Positions 1 through 12,488 are shown, numbered from the stretch's first letter. The stretch: DNA of 64,000 bases from Phyllobates terribilis (GCF_046119375.1 NW_027362772.1:47430001-47494000), one strand, 5' to 3'. Made by a program: numbers and translations. The notes: generated by a model from the sequence alone, not told the origin.

Positions 1-708
1 TGTTTGCTGTGGCACAATTTCAGCTTGCCCACGGCCTCGGCCTTTGTATGCACCATCACCATCACGTCAAGTTCCCAGTCCCTTGCCACATGCTTTGCCC
101 ATTTTAAATGGAGAACAATATCTTCAACGCTAAGTACAAATTGCTGAATTTGGAGCGAACTTATATGTGATCCGTGCGACGGACAAACCAAATTTTAATT
201 AGCTGGCCTGTAGGTAACTATTTTTAACAGTGCCGACCTCGTGTCAATCAGTTCACTAACATACTGCAACAAAATTTCAATGGAGGCCAGAAATGGCAGC
301 ATTTTCAGCGCAATTATATGTGATCATTGTGACGGACAAACCAGTTTTAAATAGCTGGATTTTTAGTGCTGTAATATGTAAAGGACCTGGTTGTATTCTG
401 CAGTGCCAACAAGCAAATGTCACAGATAAATGGCGTTCTCTTGATTGCTTTTTAAGCAAATAATCAGGATTAAGATAAAAAAAAAATATTAATGACCCCT
501 GATACCTGGGCCTATTTCTTCAAATATCTGTAAGAGCACCAGCAGACAGAACTGGAATGGACCCTCTTGCTATTTGAGCTGCAGTCTGCTATATACCCTG
601 CCCACCTGCCTGCCTATATGCACTTCCTGCCTAGCACTGATATCTCTGCAACTGGATTAGAAGGACTGTTAGTTGAAATGGATATGTGTCTCCAATATAG
701 TCTGGTAT

Positions 709-951
709 TACTGATGAGCGAGTATGCTTTGTTAACCCTTTTGCTGAGTATATTCGGGCGAGCGCCAAGTATACTCGGGCGAGCACCGAGTATTAACAGC
801 GTGCTCGGTGATATGTTTGAATCACTCCCGTATGCATGATTTGCGACTGTTTGCCAGCTTTAATACATGTGAGGAATGTCTGCTTCTTACACATTCCTCA
901 CATGTATTAAAGCTGTCAATCCGCAGTAGCAAGCATGCTCGCTCATCACTA
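709..951. mobile_element. Short hAT-type MITE (decayed)
   Basis: Termini TACTGATGAGCGAGTATGC ... GCATGCTCGCTCATCACTA form an inverted repeat of the same TAGWGWTGAGCG type as the larger hAT elements. No intact 8-bp TSD. Confidence 0.6.
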
Positions 952-1075
952 TTTTTTTCGAGTTCAATTAGTAGCCAAGTATTTTTTTTGTATTTCAGTG
1001 ACGTATGATCAGAGGTCTATATGACATTACATTACAGCCAGATAGAACTCCATATTGATTTAGTTAACCAATATC

Positions 1076-1512
1076 AGTGACAACTTCACAATCCATTCTT
1101 CAGTCTATATTATGTCATGGGACTGGATCAGACCGGACCAAGTGCTGAGACTGTTGCCCAAGCAAAATTAGTATCTTATACTCAGGAAACGTTCTAACGG
1201 CCTGATGACAGTATAACAATCATTGTGTCCCAATCTGGTTTCTTCACTTGTTGAGAAATAGTGCACATAGTGAGACGTTGGTACATTTCCTGATGGAACA
1301 GTGATACAATATTTGTCAAAACTGACACCTTTCTGCCCAATAATTATACAGTTTGTTGAGGGTATGATTATTATATCCCCATGTTACGGTACATTGCAAT
1401 ACTGCAAAGAAGTTGGTGGGACTCGCATCTCTCTCAGGAATTGTTAGAGAAATGGCCGCTCATGCACTCTGAAAATTGGAGGCTTGTCATAAATTTTTGA
1501 TAAAACTGACTG
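1076..1512. repeat. Diverged dispersed repeat, copy 1 (homologous to 61427-61884), origin unidentified
   Basis: Collinear shared blocks AGTGACAACTTCACA, CAAGCAAAATTAGTA, CCCAATCTG, CATAGTGAGA, TATTTGTCAAAA, CCAATAATTATAC, ATCTCTCTCAGGAA, ATAAAACTGACTG. Confidence 0.7.
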
Positions 1513-1630
1513 TAGCATTGGTATTATTTATGCAAAGCAATGCAATATTTTTTAGAGAAAATGATGCTACGAAAATGCAATAGGGGGCACCACATGTGTT
1601 TCGCACAGGGGGGTTAGCAGCTTGATGGAT

Positions 1631-1965
1631 TATTATTATTTATTATTATAACACCATTTATTCCATGGCGATTTACATGTGAGAAGGGGTGTACATACTA
1701 CAAAATAGGTACAATAATCTTTGAACAATACAAGTCACCGACTGGTACAGGATGAGAGAGGACCCTGCCCATGAGGGTCCACAATCTACAAGGGATGGGT
1801 TAGGATATTGTAGATGAGGGTAGAGCTGTTCGTGCAGTTGTATGGTGGAGCGGTGGTTACTGCAGGTTGTAGGCTTGTTGGAAGAGGTTGGTCTTCAGGT
1901 TCCATTTGATGGTTTCCACAGTAGGCGAGAGTCTGATATGTTGGGGTCTCCAGCATCAGACTATC
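1631..1965 (-). mobile_element. L2/CR1-type LINE 3' end fragment
   Basis: Minus strand translates IRLSPTVETIKWNLKTNLFQQAYNLQ*, matching the LKTxLFxxAY C-terminus of L2-type ORF2. It is followed by a 3' UTR and an (AAT)n-like tail at 1631-1649. Confidence 0.65.
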
Positions 1966-2551
1966 AGACTTATCCGGAGGGACGTCGGAGGATTCTCTGG
2001 TGGGCCTCGGGTCCTATCAGAAGCCGGCAGCTGATGTCAGCATGCCCGTCGTGGTCAGTTCATCGCAATGATGTAATTCTCTGCCCTTGACATACATGCT
2101 GACATCAGCCCCTTGCCTCTGACAGGCCAGCAGCCATTTTATTGACACACATTCAGTTGAAAGCAATCCTAAAAGTCAATATCGACTCACTAACGAGCCT
2201 TGTCACATGATTTAGGATTATTGCGTGAAACTGCAGTGATGCTTGCACATTTAGAGATAGAAAACTCAAATAGAGGGCAACATCCCAATATTTTTATTTT
2301 GTCCGGCTGGGAGATATGGGGGTGCTTTTGCTTTTCCTGCACTTACTATGCTTTCTGGGGTTTACTACTGGATAGGAGATTAGGATCTGTAGTATGAGAT
2401 TAGCCCTTGTGTTTGTATGAAGATTTGTATCGATCCTTGTCCATATACATTAGGTATTTTTCACTTTAGGTGGGTTTTATTGAATGCAACGGCATATGGG
2501 GGACATGCATGTCTTTTCCTTTATGTACATGGACAGGGGGTTCATCTGATG

Positions 2552-4473
2552 TATATGTTACTGTAAAAGTCAGAAGGCCGGTAAAACCTAGGATTTACCG
2601 GTCAATCTGGACATTTACCAAGGCCGTCGGTAAAAGCTCAAAATGAAAAGTAAAATTGGACTTTTACCTGTGAAGTCTTTGTACATGTTAACATTTACCG
2701 TTGAGCGTGGTAAAAGTCAGAAATATCAGGTGTGAAGATGGAACATCTGACTTTAACCAAGCGCAGTTGGTAAATGTGCACATTTACCACGGCTTCTTGG
2801 TAAATGTAGCTGAGAAGGGTGTAATAAAAAGTGTAAGCCACCGCGAGAAAGGTGTCTGATTAGGCAGATACGGCGAGGAAATGGAGGACACAGTGGGAAA
2901 GGTGTCTGATTAGGCAGATACGGCGAGGAAATGGAGGACACAGTGTTCAAAGTTTTTATAAATGTAATAAGAGTAAATGGGGAAAAGATGGTAATAACAA
3001 TGAACAAAATCTGCTACCCTGTAAGGTATCTGCTACCCTGTAACGTATGTACGTTCTATATATACAGATGTCAATCCTGACTATCCTTAACGTATGTACG
3101 TTCTATATATACAGATGTCAATCCTGACTATCCTATGATTATTGTTCCAATCATACAAAAAGTGCTCACTTCCCGCTAACATACAACCACTAACCCCACA
3201 CTAAAATATGCAAAAGAGAACGTCCTATGAATCTTAGGGTATCAGTGTTCCGCAGCACCCTCTCACAAAAAGTTACAAGAAGTAGTGTATAAATTGTCCT
3301 GTACTTAGCTTCCTGTAGAGCGCAGAGTCCAAAGTCTTTCCAAGGGCCCCTTGCAAGGTGGACGCTAACACCGCTCACACGATTTACCGTTGCCGCGCCA
3401 ATGTGGTAGAACCAGAAGATATGCAGATAAGCTCTGAGCCGGAGTTGCTGGGTTCCATGAACGGTCTGTTCCACCCGAGCACCGTAGTCTCTGATCAGGG
3501 GAATCGGAAGACAGCGCATTCCGAGAAAAGGCTGGAAGGAAACAGCGCAACAGCCCTGTCTGGGCTCAGTCTAGTCAGCACAGCACCAGTCCTCTCACTC
3601 TCCCTAAAATAGCTCCTGCCTCAAGTCCTAGTTTCCTGGGGTTCTCTTCTTAGGTTGCTGCCCAATCACTGCCTGAATAAAACCACTAACTCATCAATGG
3701 CAGTGTTAGACCAGTAGATGGTGCTGTTGTACAGTCTTTCACACAATGCTGAGTAACCCTATTACAAAAGAACATGGGATTCTTGCCAAGCAGTGTGTCC
3801 TCATGCTGGACGACTGCCTGAGTGTTTTGCAAGCTGCACGGATATATCCTACAGATATCGGGATTATTCGTATCCGTACAGCCCGTTATCTGCTCAGATA
3901 ACGGGTCGGGACGGATCTATCCGCTTATCCCTAGTCACAATTACAGAATTACATAGTTTTGAAGTTGCGTTATTCTTGTATTTGGGGTAATTTGTCATTT
4001 TGAGAAGTATTTTCCTACATAAATGTTTTCTATTTGCATTTTCCTGTTTGTATTTGTTCATTTGCATTTGCATTTTGAAGAATAAAAATATTTCTAACGA
4101 TTAAGGCCTTCATCAGAGTCGGAAATTGAGTTTAGTTAACTTTTACCACCATCATCTGCTGGTAAGAGTCAGAATTCTGTGACTCAAAGTTACTTTTACC
4201 AACACATGCTGGTAGTTACTTTTACCAACACATGCTGGTAAATGTAAAGATTTACCAATTCGCCCAGTTAAAAGTCCAAAATCGTTCGTTTATACGGAAT
4301 ACATCTGACATTTACCAACGCTGTTGAGAAATGTTAAGATTTACCAAGACTTCACAGGTAAAAGTCCAATTTTACTTTTCATTTTGAGCTTTTACCGACG
4401 GCCTCGGTAAATGTCCAGATTGACCGGTAAATCCTAGGTTTTACCGCCCTTCTGACTTTTACAGTAACATATA
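2552..4473. mobile_element. Non-autonomous DNA transposon with ~200-bp modular terminal inverted repeats (TIRs)
   Basis: 2552-~2750 (TATATGTTACTGTAAAAGTCAGAAGG...) is the reverse complement of ~4290-4473 (...CCTTCTGACTTTTACAGTAACATATA). The TIRs contain many GGTAAA/TTTACC sub-repeats. There are internal ~50-bp tandem duplications at ~2845-2945 and ~3040-3135, and no ORF. Confidence 0.7.
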
Positions 4474-4811
4474 TATGGGAGTAATGATGTATTTGACTTA
4501 TATGGGATATTGACCACCAGGGATACACCCAGGATAGCAGGTTTCCATACAGGTTTTTGATTTGATGCATTTATGTGTTTTTGTAGTGTGTGCGGGATAT
4601 ATTTATATTCCTGAAGTGGATGGGCTCTCACTCAGTAAGGGTTTTCACTGAGTTTTTACTTATGTTTTAAATGATTTTGTGTCGTTTTGTGTCTGTATTT
4701 ATCCTCATAAAATGATTATGTATTTTTCTAAATTGAGTATATGATCTTTATTGTAAGGTGATCACTGCACCTATAGTATACCTCTTTTTTATGTTACCTA
4801 TTGCACATTTA

Positions 4812-5733
4812 GGCTGTGTGCCCACATTTTTTAAGCGTTTCCGCAGCAGCAATTCCGATGCAGAAACGCTTAAAAACTGCTTGGTAGGAGGCCTGCCATG
4901 TTCCCCAATGATAATCCGCATGTGCTGTGCACATGCTGCGGAAATTTCCATTGCAGATTATCATTGCGGAAAAATCTGCAGCACTACCAATTATTTTGCA
5001 TAATCGCTGCGTTTTCGCCGCCATTGACTTGCATTGAATCACTTAATATCCGCATCACTACATGTGCACATGCAGATATCATGCAGTTCAATGTGCGGAT
5101 GGTACCCGGGTTTGGAGACGAGGAGACTCTCCTCCAGACTCAGGTACCATAGTACCTGTAAAAAAAAGAATTAAAATAAAAAATACATTATACTTACCAT
5201 CTGATGGCCCGCGGTCTTCATAGTGATGCGTCCGGTGTCCCCGGCAGCTTGCGATGGTATAAAAGGACCTGCCATGACGTCATTTAGTTTAGTCGGCGGT
5301 CGCATGACCCATCACATGACTAAATGATGTCATGGCAGGTCCTTTTGCGTAACCGCGAGACACTGGGAAGACCAGACGCATCGGATAAGGAGACCAGGGG
5401 CCTTCGGAAGGTGAGTATAATGGGTTTTTTTGTTTTTTTTTACCATTTTCATTCTTTTTTTCTAACTAACTTGGTCACACTATATAAATCCATGCCGGTT
5501 GCATGGATTTATATAATGTGACCAAGTTGTCAAGCACTTTCCAAGTGATGCTAAAATAGCTTGGAAAGCGCTTGACAACCCGCATGCAAAATCGCATAAT
5601 CAAAAAGCTTCACTTCCGCTTGTCCCTGGCAGGAAAAATGCATGTACAATCCACATGCAATTTTTTTCTGCCAGGGAGATGCAGAAACGCTCAGGAAAAA
5701 TCCGGAGAATTTCTGCATCGTGGGCACTTAGCC
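4812..5733. mobile_element. PIF/Harbinger-type MITE, copy 1
   Basis: TIRs GGCTGTGTGCCCACA ... CGTGGGCACTTAGCC, flanked by TTA and TAA (TWA target typical of Harbinger). Confidence 0.7.
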
Positions 5734-5736
5734 TAA

Positions 5737-6629
5737 GGCTATGTGCCCACGATGCAGAAATGCTGCATATTTTTTCCGCTTCTCCCTGGCAGGAAAAACG
5801 CATGCTGATTTTACATGCATTTTTCTCGCCAGGTAGAAGCGTTTGTCAAGCATTTTTGCATGCGTTTCTGCATACGGGTTGATAAGCGCTTTTCCAAGCG
5901 ATTTTAGCATCACTTGGAAAAGTGCTTGACAACTTGGTCACACTATATAAATCCATGCAACCGGCATGGATTTATAGTAGTGTGACTAAGTTAGTTAAAA
6001 AAAAAATAAGAATGGTAAAAAATAAAAAATAAAGATTATACTCACCTTCCGATGTCCTCCCGGTGTTTTCTCCCCCGCGTCCAGTCTCTTGCACTGCTCT
6101 CGGTGGTGTGAAGGACCTGCGGTGACGTCATTGAGTCATGTGACAGGTCACATGACTCAATGACGTCATGGCCGGTCCTTCCCAACACCGCCACCCATAC
6201 AGCAGACCAGACGAAGGGGAGAAAACACCGGGAGGACATCGGAAGGTAAGTATAATCTTTATTTTTTATTTTAAATTCTTTTTTTTACAGTTTCTATGGT
6301 ACCCAGGTCTGGAGGAGAGTCTCCTCTCCTCCAGACCTGGGTACCATCCGCACATTGAACCGTGTGATACCCGCTTGTGCACATGTAGTGATGCGGATGT
6401 CACGCGGTCCAATGCAAGTCAATGGCGGCGATTACGCTGCGTGTCCGCAAAATTAATGGACATGCTGCGGATTTTTGAGCGCAGCATAAATGCTGTGGAA
6501 AAATCCGCAGCATGGGCATTGACATTGCGGCTTGTCATGGGGGATGGATTACCAAGCGCTTCCCAAGCATTTACGCTGCGTAAATTCTGCAGCATAAACA
6601 CTTGGAAAATGCTTCGTGGCCACGCAGTC
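5737..6629. mobile_element. PIF/Harbinger-type MITE, copy 2, inverted relative to copy 1
   Basis: TIRs GGCTATGTGCCCACG ... CGTGGCCACGCAGTC, flanked by TAA and TTA. The internal sequence is the reverse complement of 4812-5733 (e.g. the GGTACC...CTCCAGAC block at ~5100 vs ~6300). Confidence 0.7.
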
Positions 6630-7119
6630 TTAGAGATGTTTCTCTTAATACCTCCCCCATGATGGAGACCACATGCTTTAATTCTACCAGGTGCATTTCA
6701 TCATGTATGTATACAATATTTACTCACTTGCAACAGAGCAGCTTTGACAAAGGAGGCTGGAAACGCGTCCTAAATGCCTTGCACTTGATTGTCAGACCAT
6801 CATCTTCCTTCCCTTTGTGGATATGTCATTTTACTTTTTTTTTTTTTAATAAATTCAATGTTATTATAGGAGCTGAAAGTCATCATATTTTCAATTGCGA
6901 TGTTCACATCTGGGTCGGGACGTTTTTCATGCGCCGATTCATTTAAACTGCAAACAGGTGAGCTGGCATCTACTTCTAATACACAAAACCCTGTGGCTGT
7001 GCGTATTCATGGAGATACCAGAAAACAAAAACCAACAATACTTTATAACATCCTTATGGGGATAGGTAGATAATAACTGAATAGGCGATGTTGCAGATAA
7101 CAAGTCATGATGTCATAAT

Positions 7120-7355
7120 TAGTGTTGAGCGAATTTGTTAGGCATTTCAAATTCGAGTTCGTGTTCGGGGTTCCGGCTTGTTCGCGCTGGAATCATCTCC
7201 ACCCACGAATATCCCTGATTTGCCTTGCTGTCATGCAGATGTTATAATGGCAAATCAGGGATGTTCGTGGGCGGAGCTGATTTTTTGGCGAGAACAAGCC
7301 AGAACCCTGAACACGAACCCGAATTTGAAATGCCGAACAAATTCGCTCAACACTA
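7120..7355. mobile_element. 236-bp hAT-type MITE
   Basis: TIRs TAGTGTTGAGCGAATTTGTT ... AACAAATTCGCTCAACACTA, with GTTCG/CGAAC sub-terminal motifs. Flanks GTCATAAT / GTTGTAAT (6 of 8 match). Confidence 0.8.
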
Positions 7356-7860
7356 GTTGTAATGTGCTTCGTCTCATGTGGACACAGGTGACTATGTCAC
7401 CGCATGGGGTGACAGAAGTCATGATGTCATAATGTTATCGAGTTCTAATTGGCACACCAAACTCCGGAGAAGAAAAAAGACCAGAGTCACAACTTGGACA
7501 GTGAGTGAGACTCTGGAGACAAGGTGTTTTATAAGCCCTTTCCTGCACATCTATTTATTAAGGGTGTCTGGAGATCTCAGAGCTTAATAAATATCTTTTA
7601 TTATTATTAATTGAAGCTCATTCAATTTGCTTTGAATACATTAGACACAAAACAAATTTCCCGACCAAAATTCGAGCAACTTTGCAAAATTCTAGTTTCA
7701 GCAGATTTACTCATCTCCAGTTTCGGGATACAGACCTCCACCCATCTTGTATGCACCCTTTTTTTCCTTCACTTAGTATCTCAATGTCATCAGCCATGAT
7801 TGGAAGTGTCATGGTGTAAAACTGTAACATAAAGTTCTGATGTACAAGGGTTTTTCTATT

Positions 7861-8342
7861 TGCCATATTTTTTGGACTATAAGACGCACTTTTTTTCCCC
7901 AAAATTTGGGAGGAAAATGGGGATGTGTCTTACAGTCTCAATATAGCTTACCCAGGGGAAAGGTGGTGGAGCAAGGTCATACTAGGCAGGCTAACCGTAG
8001 CGGGAAGCCAGCGGCGGCAGGAGTGGGGAGATGTTGCGGGTCTTTGGCTGGGAAGAGAAGATGTCCCTGCAGTGAGAGGCAGGAGCCATTGATCTCCTAG
8101 TGGTGGGCTTCACAAAAATGGCACTTACACAAGCATAAATTGAAATCTCTGCTCGTCATTGGCAACCCTGCTCCTGCCTCCTGTGACCCCACTCCACCGA
8201 CGCTGTAATCCCCGGTAAGATGAATTTGGACTATAAGATGGACCCCCATTTTCAGACAAAAAAATTTTTTTCCTATCTTCCTAATTTAAATTTGAGGTGC
8301 ATCTTTTGGTACGGTGCATCTTATAGTCTGACAAATACGGTA
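7861..8342. mobile_element. Tc1/mariner-superfamily (Tigger/pogo-like) MITE
   Basis: Termini TGCCATATTTTTTGGACTATAAGACGCAC ... GTGCATCTTATAGTCTGACAAATACGGTA are inverted repeats ending in TA. Confidence 0.6.
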
Positions 8343-9779
8343 CTTTTTATCGTTGCAGTCAATATTAAAAAGAAAAAGTAAAATTATAAAAAGTTTATTT
8401 TCTTTTATAACAATATCATATAACAATCAATTTTACAATATTTCCTAAAAGTGATGACCCTTCCTTGAACTCTTTTTCTTTCTTTCTGTAATAGCTAAAG
8501 ATTCTATGCTGATAAAAGTCCATAATATTTACAATTATGGCATAAAAAAAAATTCTGACTGCCTTTTGACACCACTAGAGGGAGCTCAGGAGCTTACCAC
8601 ACACTGTTTGCAAATTGAAAACAATAATAACAAAGTATACACTAAGCTATTACGCTCCTCCTAGTGGAGGCAAAAGGCAGCCAGGATTTTAGCATTTGAA
8701 TCTATGTCTATTAGAGGGATTTCCAGGCCTCTTTAAGAAATATAGAGCCTCGATTTCTACTAAAATATATCATGAAATAATTAACCATTTTAGACTTAAA
8801 AGTGAATTGATATTGAAAGATGTCAACATTTAGGACACAATAAGTGAATTTTCAGATGTAATACTTGAATAAACAAAGAATTGGCCTTTATTATATCATT
8901 GTGGTCTAAAGAAGAATATATTCTGTATAATAAATTAAAAAACACCCTCCTTTAGATGATTAGTCAAAACATGATAATATTAATACAGGGAATTCACAAA
9001 GTATTTTACATAACATTTGTACCTTAAAATGTCGCAATATTTAACTTGACCAATATATTGTGTTAAAATTTGAAACTTTCCTTGTCTATTGGCACTTTTG
9101 AAAAGTTCCAAGAAAAGAACTTTATGGGCTTAAATGAGAGGGGAAAAGTCACAAACTGGTAAAGAAAAATAAGGCTCCCTTTGTTTTTTGGATCGTTATA
9201 TCCTGTAAGAGTTTTATAATAGTTGTACGAACAGGGAAGTATCCTTCGGTCCTTATTTGGGAGCTTTATCAATTAGCCAGAGCAAAGAGCATCATTAAGT
9301 CTGGAGGACAAAGCACATCCTTACATGCACTGATTTTTAAAGGACACTGTGTAATACTTTATTTGTCCTGCAGGTGCGCTGTAGGGGAATTGAACACTTG
9401 ATCCTAGGTTCCATCAAAAATTAGAGATGATTACTCAGATTTTTAGCAGTGGGATACTCTTTTATGAGCTTATTACCAGAAGAATAGATGTTCCACTTTT
9501 TTAAACTAGTCAACTTTAGGGACAGCTAGCCTTGAACCATTGAGCATGGTCTTTAAAGGACAAAGTTATAAGATATCGTATCATAGTGGTTGAGTTCGAT
9601 TTTCCCTTTACAAAGTCTCTCCAACTCTTTTGTCCTTAATGTGGTAGGATAAAGCAACAAAGTTTCAATACTTTAAATAGTAGTTCTCTAACTCTCCATG
9701 TTAACGATTGTTCAGTCTACTACATGCACAGGAACCTTTAGCCAAACCAAAAGTTCAAATGCAAATGTGTCTCCATGGA

Positions 9780-10838
9780 TCAGAGGATTTGGGATTCAGA
9801 TGTAGACTTGGTTTTGCTCTTCAGATCTTTATGCACTGACTCTTCATTGAAAGCTTTTTCAAATATGTATGGCATGGACTTCCCAAATCTATTTTTAAAG
9901 TCCCGACCGATAAAAACGTAGAGAAAAGGATTGACGCAGCTGTTCATGAACGCGAGGCTGGTGGTTAGAGGAGTCCCAACACGAACTTCTTTACTCAGAT
10001 AACCATCTTTCCGATAACTTGAATGCAATTCCAGGAATGAGAAAATATGGTAAGGAAGCCAACAAAGAAAGAAGGTGATTATCACAGCCATGATTACTTT
10101 GAAGGGCTTGGAAGAGGTGGTCATGTGATTTCTTTGGATCCGAAGGGCAATCACAGAATAACATGTGACAATGATGGAGAAAGGAATAATAAATCCTACG
10201 AAAAATCGTAATATGACTGTCGCTTTGTGCCGGGATATACCAATGTCTTTAGTTGCTCCAAGTTCAAAGTTGTTATAGCAAAATATGAAGTCATGATCCT
10301 GAAAGGTGTCTCGAAGTAAAAAGTATGGTAAGCTTAATACAAAAGCCAGTAACCAAACAGCCATGACAACAAGTAAAGCCAGTCTTGGAGTTCGGTGGTT
10401 TTGGCACCAAACCGGGAAGATAACAGAAGCACAACGGTCAATACTGATGGCGGTAAGCAAGAAGACGCTTGCATACAGATTGATGAAAGCCACCATACTG
10501 TTTAACTTGCACATGAAGTTTCCAAAGAGCCAGTTGAAATTGTTCGCCAGGTAGATTATGCTCAAGGGGAGAAATAATGTGAATGCAAAGTCAGCAATTG
10601 CCAAATTAAGGAACCAAATAACATTGACAGTTTTCTTCATCTTGAAGATTGTGAACCAGATGACCAGCCCATTCCCAGTGGTCCCCAGTAGAAAAGCCAA
10701 AGAGTAGAACACCAAAGCAAAATAATCCACAATATGCAATCCAGGATCTTCATCATAGTAACTGGTGGTACTGACAGGAGTTTCATCCAGTTGTGTAATA
10801 TCGATGAATGGAAATGCTGTTGTTGTGATGTTCTCCAT
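9780..10838 (-). CDS. CMKLR1: Chemerin-receptor-like / chemokine-like receptor 1-like class A GPCR, 352 aa, single coding exon
   Basis: Seven hydrophobic segments. Motifs GNGLVI (TM1), FKMKKTVN..WFLNLAIADF (ICL1/TM2), C in TM3, DRC, PVWCQNHR, RDT...CYNNF (ECL2), KPFKVI, CWLPYH (CWxP) and NSCVNPFLYVF (NPxxY), as in CMKLR1. N-terminal N-I-T sequon and GAAGTCATGG start context. Orthologue versus paralogue is not resolved. Confidence 0.9.
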   Translation of the reverse strand: MENITTTAFPFIDITQLDETPVSTTSYYDEDPGLHIVDYFALVFYSLAFLLGTTGNGLVIWFTIFKMKKTVNVIWFLNLAIADFAFTLFLPLSIIYLANNFNWLFGNFMCKLNSMVAFINLYASVFLLTAISIDRCASVIFPVWCQNHRTPRLALLVVMAVWLLAFVLSLPYFLLRDTFQDHDFIFCYNNFELGATKDIGISRHKATVILRFFVGFIIPFSIIVTCYSVIALRIQRNHMTTSSKPFKVIMAVIITFFLCWLPYHIFSFLELHSSYRKDGYLSKEVRVGTPLTTSLAFMNSCVNPFLYVFIGRDFKNRFGKSMPYIFEKAFNEESVHKDLKSKTKSTSESQIL

Positions 10839-10881
10839 GACTTCACTGCTGGACAGTTGAACAGTTAAAAAAAAGCTGCAA

Positions 10882-10900
10882 CTGTAAAAATGAAAAATTA
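10882..10900 (-). promoter_or_regulatory. Probable splice acceptor of the coding exon
   Basis: Minus strand reads TTTTTCATTTTTACAG|TTGCAG about 43 nt upstream of the ATG, implying an upstream non-coding exon that I could not locate. Confidence 0.5.
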
Positions 10901-11760
10901 TTGCAAGTGGTAAAAATTACAATTTGTTTATTCATTTGAATATAATTACAGATTACAGACAGGTGATTTGCTTTGTTCTTCATTTTATCTTTCCAGTATT
11001 TATAGAAGAGGAAACGTAGACAATAATGGGGTTGTCCAGCGAAAACAAGTTAACACCTATCTCCAAAATAGGTGATAGCATACTGATCGGTGGGGCTCCG
11101 AACATTGGTACTTGCACCGATCATTGGAACGTGAATTTTTATTCTTGATAGGGCACATGCAGTGGCAAGTCAGATGCCCAACAAAGCTGGAGTAAGGCAA
11201 GGGACCAGGTCCCACCGCACCCGATGTTCCTTTTGCAGGAAATTCTTTGTCCAGTTGTGAAAATGCTCATCTGGTGAAATGTACTTTGGGTGCGGTAGGA
11301 CCTGGTCATTTGCCTTACTCAAGCTTAGACACTTATCATCTTGGGTATCTATTATTCTATTGCTTATTTTTTTTGTCACATTGCTCATTTGCACATATGG
11401 ATGTTTGGGTATCCCTCTAGGTGGCTTGCTTACACAAGTTTTCTATTTGTATATGCCTTACTTCCTAGATGGGTCACTTACTCTTCTATATATGATAATC
11501 AGACAATTGTTGTTATTGCTCAATTTGCATATATTTATATATCCCCTTTTTATCACTGGTACATATTAACTATTCATGAATTATTGAGTAAGGCTTCCAC
11601 TTTAGTTTTGTATTAAAAAGTTACCAGGTTCCCCCTGCTCCTTCTTAACTTACCTGTAATGTTTCATTCTATCATGTGTGCTACTTTTGTCCTGTTGTTT
11701 TATGCACTTAATAAAATTATCTTGTTTTATTATATCTTGGCTTGCATTTCTAACATTGCT

Positions 11761-12488
11761 GTTTATTAGGATAAATGTCAATAAACAAGCCAAGGTCAAA
11801 ATAGGAAAACACAACTGCTAGACAGGATCAGAAAAAAACAGACCTAAACCAGGAAGGCACAAATCTATAACTGGCAGCTTCCAACAGTAACCTGGAAGCT
11901 TAAGTAGGTTTATTAGGATAAATGTTAATAAACAAGCCAAGGTCAAAACAGGAAAACACAAATACTAAACAGGATCAGAAAAAACAGACCTAAGCCAGGA
12001 AGGCCCAAAGCTATAACTGGCAGTTTCCAGCAGTAACCTGGAAGCTTAAGTAGGTTTATTAGGATAAATGTCAATAAACAAGCCGAGGTCAAAACAAGAA
12101 AGCACAAATACTAAAAAGGATCAGAAAAGACAGACCTAAACCAAGGAGACACAAAACTATAACTGGCAGCTTCCAGCAGTAACCTGGGAGCTTAGGTAGG
12201 TTTATTAGGATAAATGTCAATAAACAAGCCGAGGTCAAAACAGGAAAACAGAAATACTAAACAGTATCAGAAAAAACAGACCTAAACCAAGGAGACACAA
12301 AAGTATAACTGGCAGCTTCCAGCAGTAACCTGGAAGCTTACGTAGGTTTATTAGGATAAATGTCAATAAACAAGCCGAGGTCAAAACAGGAAAACACAAT
12401 TACTAAAGTATCAGAAAAAACAGACCTAAACCAAGGAGGCACAAAGCTATAACTGGCAGCTTCCAGAAGTAACCTGGAAGCTTAAGTA
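11761..12488. repeat. Tandem repeat, ~146-bp unit x5
   Basis: GTTTATTAGGATAAATG recurs at 11761, 11908, 12054, 12200 and 12346. Confidence 0.95.

Noticed and set aside
8540-8700. Imperfect palindrome as a structured ncRNA
   Set aside because: Looks like the centre of a decayed MITE. No recognisable RNA family motifs.
11170-11616. Hydrophobic short ORFs upstream of the receptor as extra coding exons
   Set aside because: AT-rich sequence with no GPCR motifs; the main hydrophobic ORFs are on the opposite strand, and the receptor ORF is already complete.
11761-12488. CRISPR-like reading of the regularly spaced repeats (also 51050-52135)
   Set aside because: The units are contiguous tandem copies without unique spacers, the context is eukaryotic and there are no cas genes.
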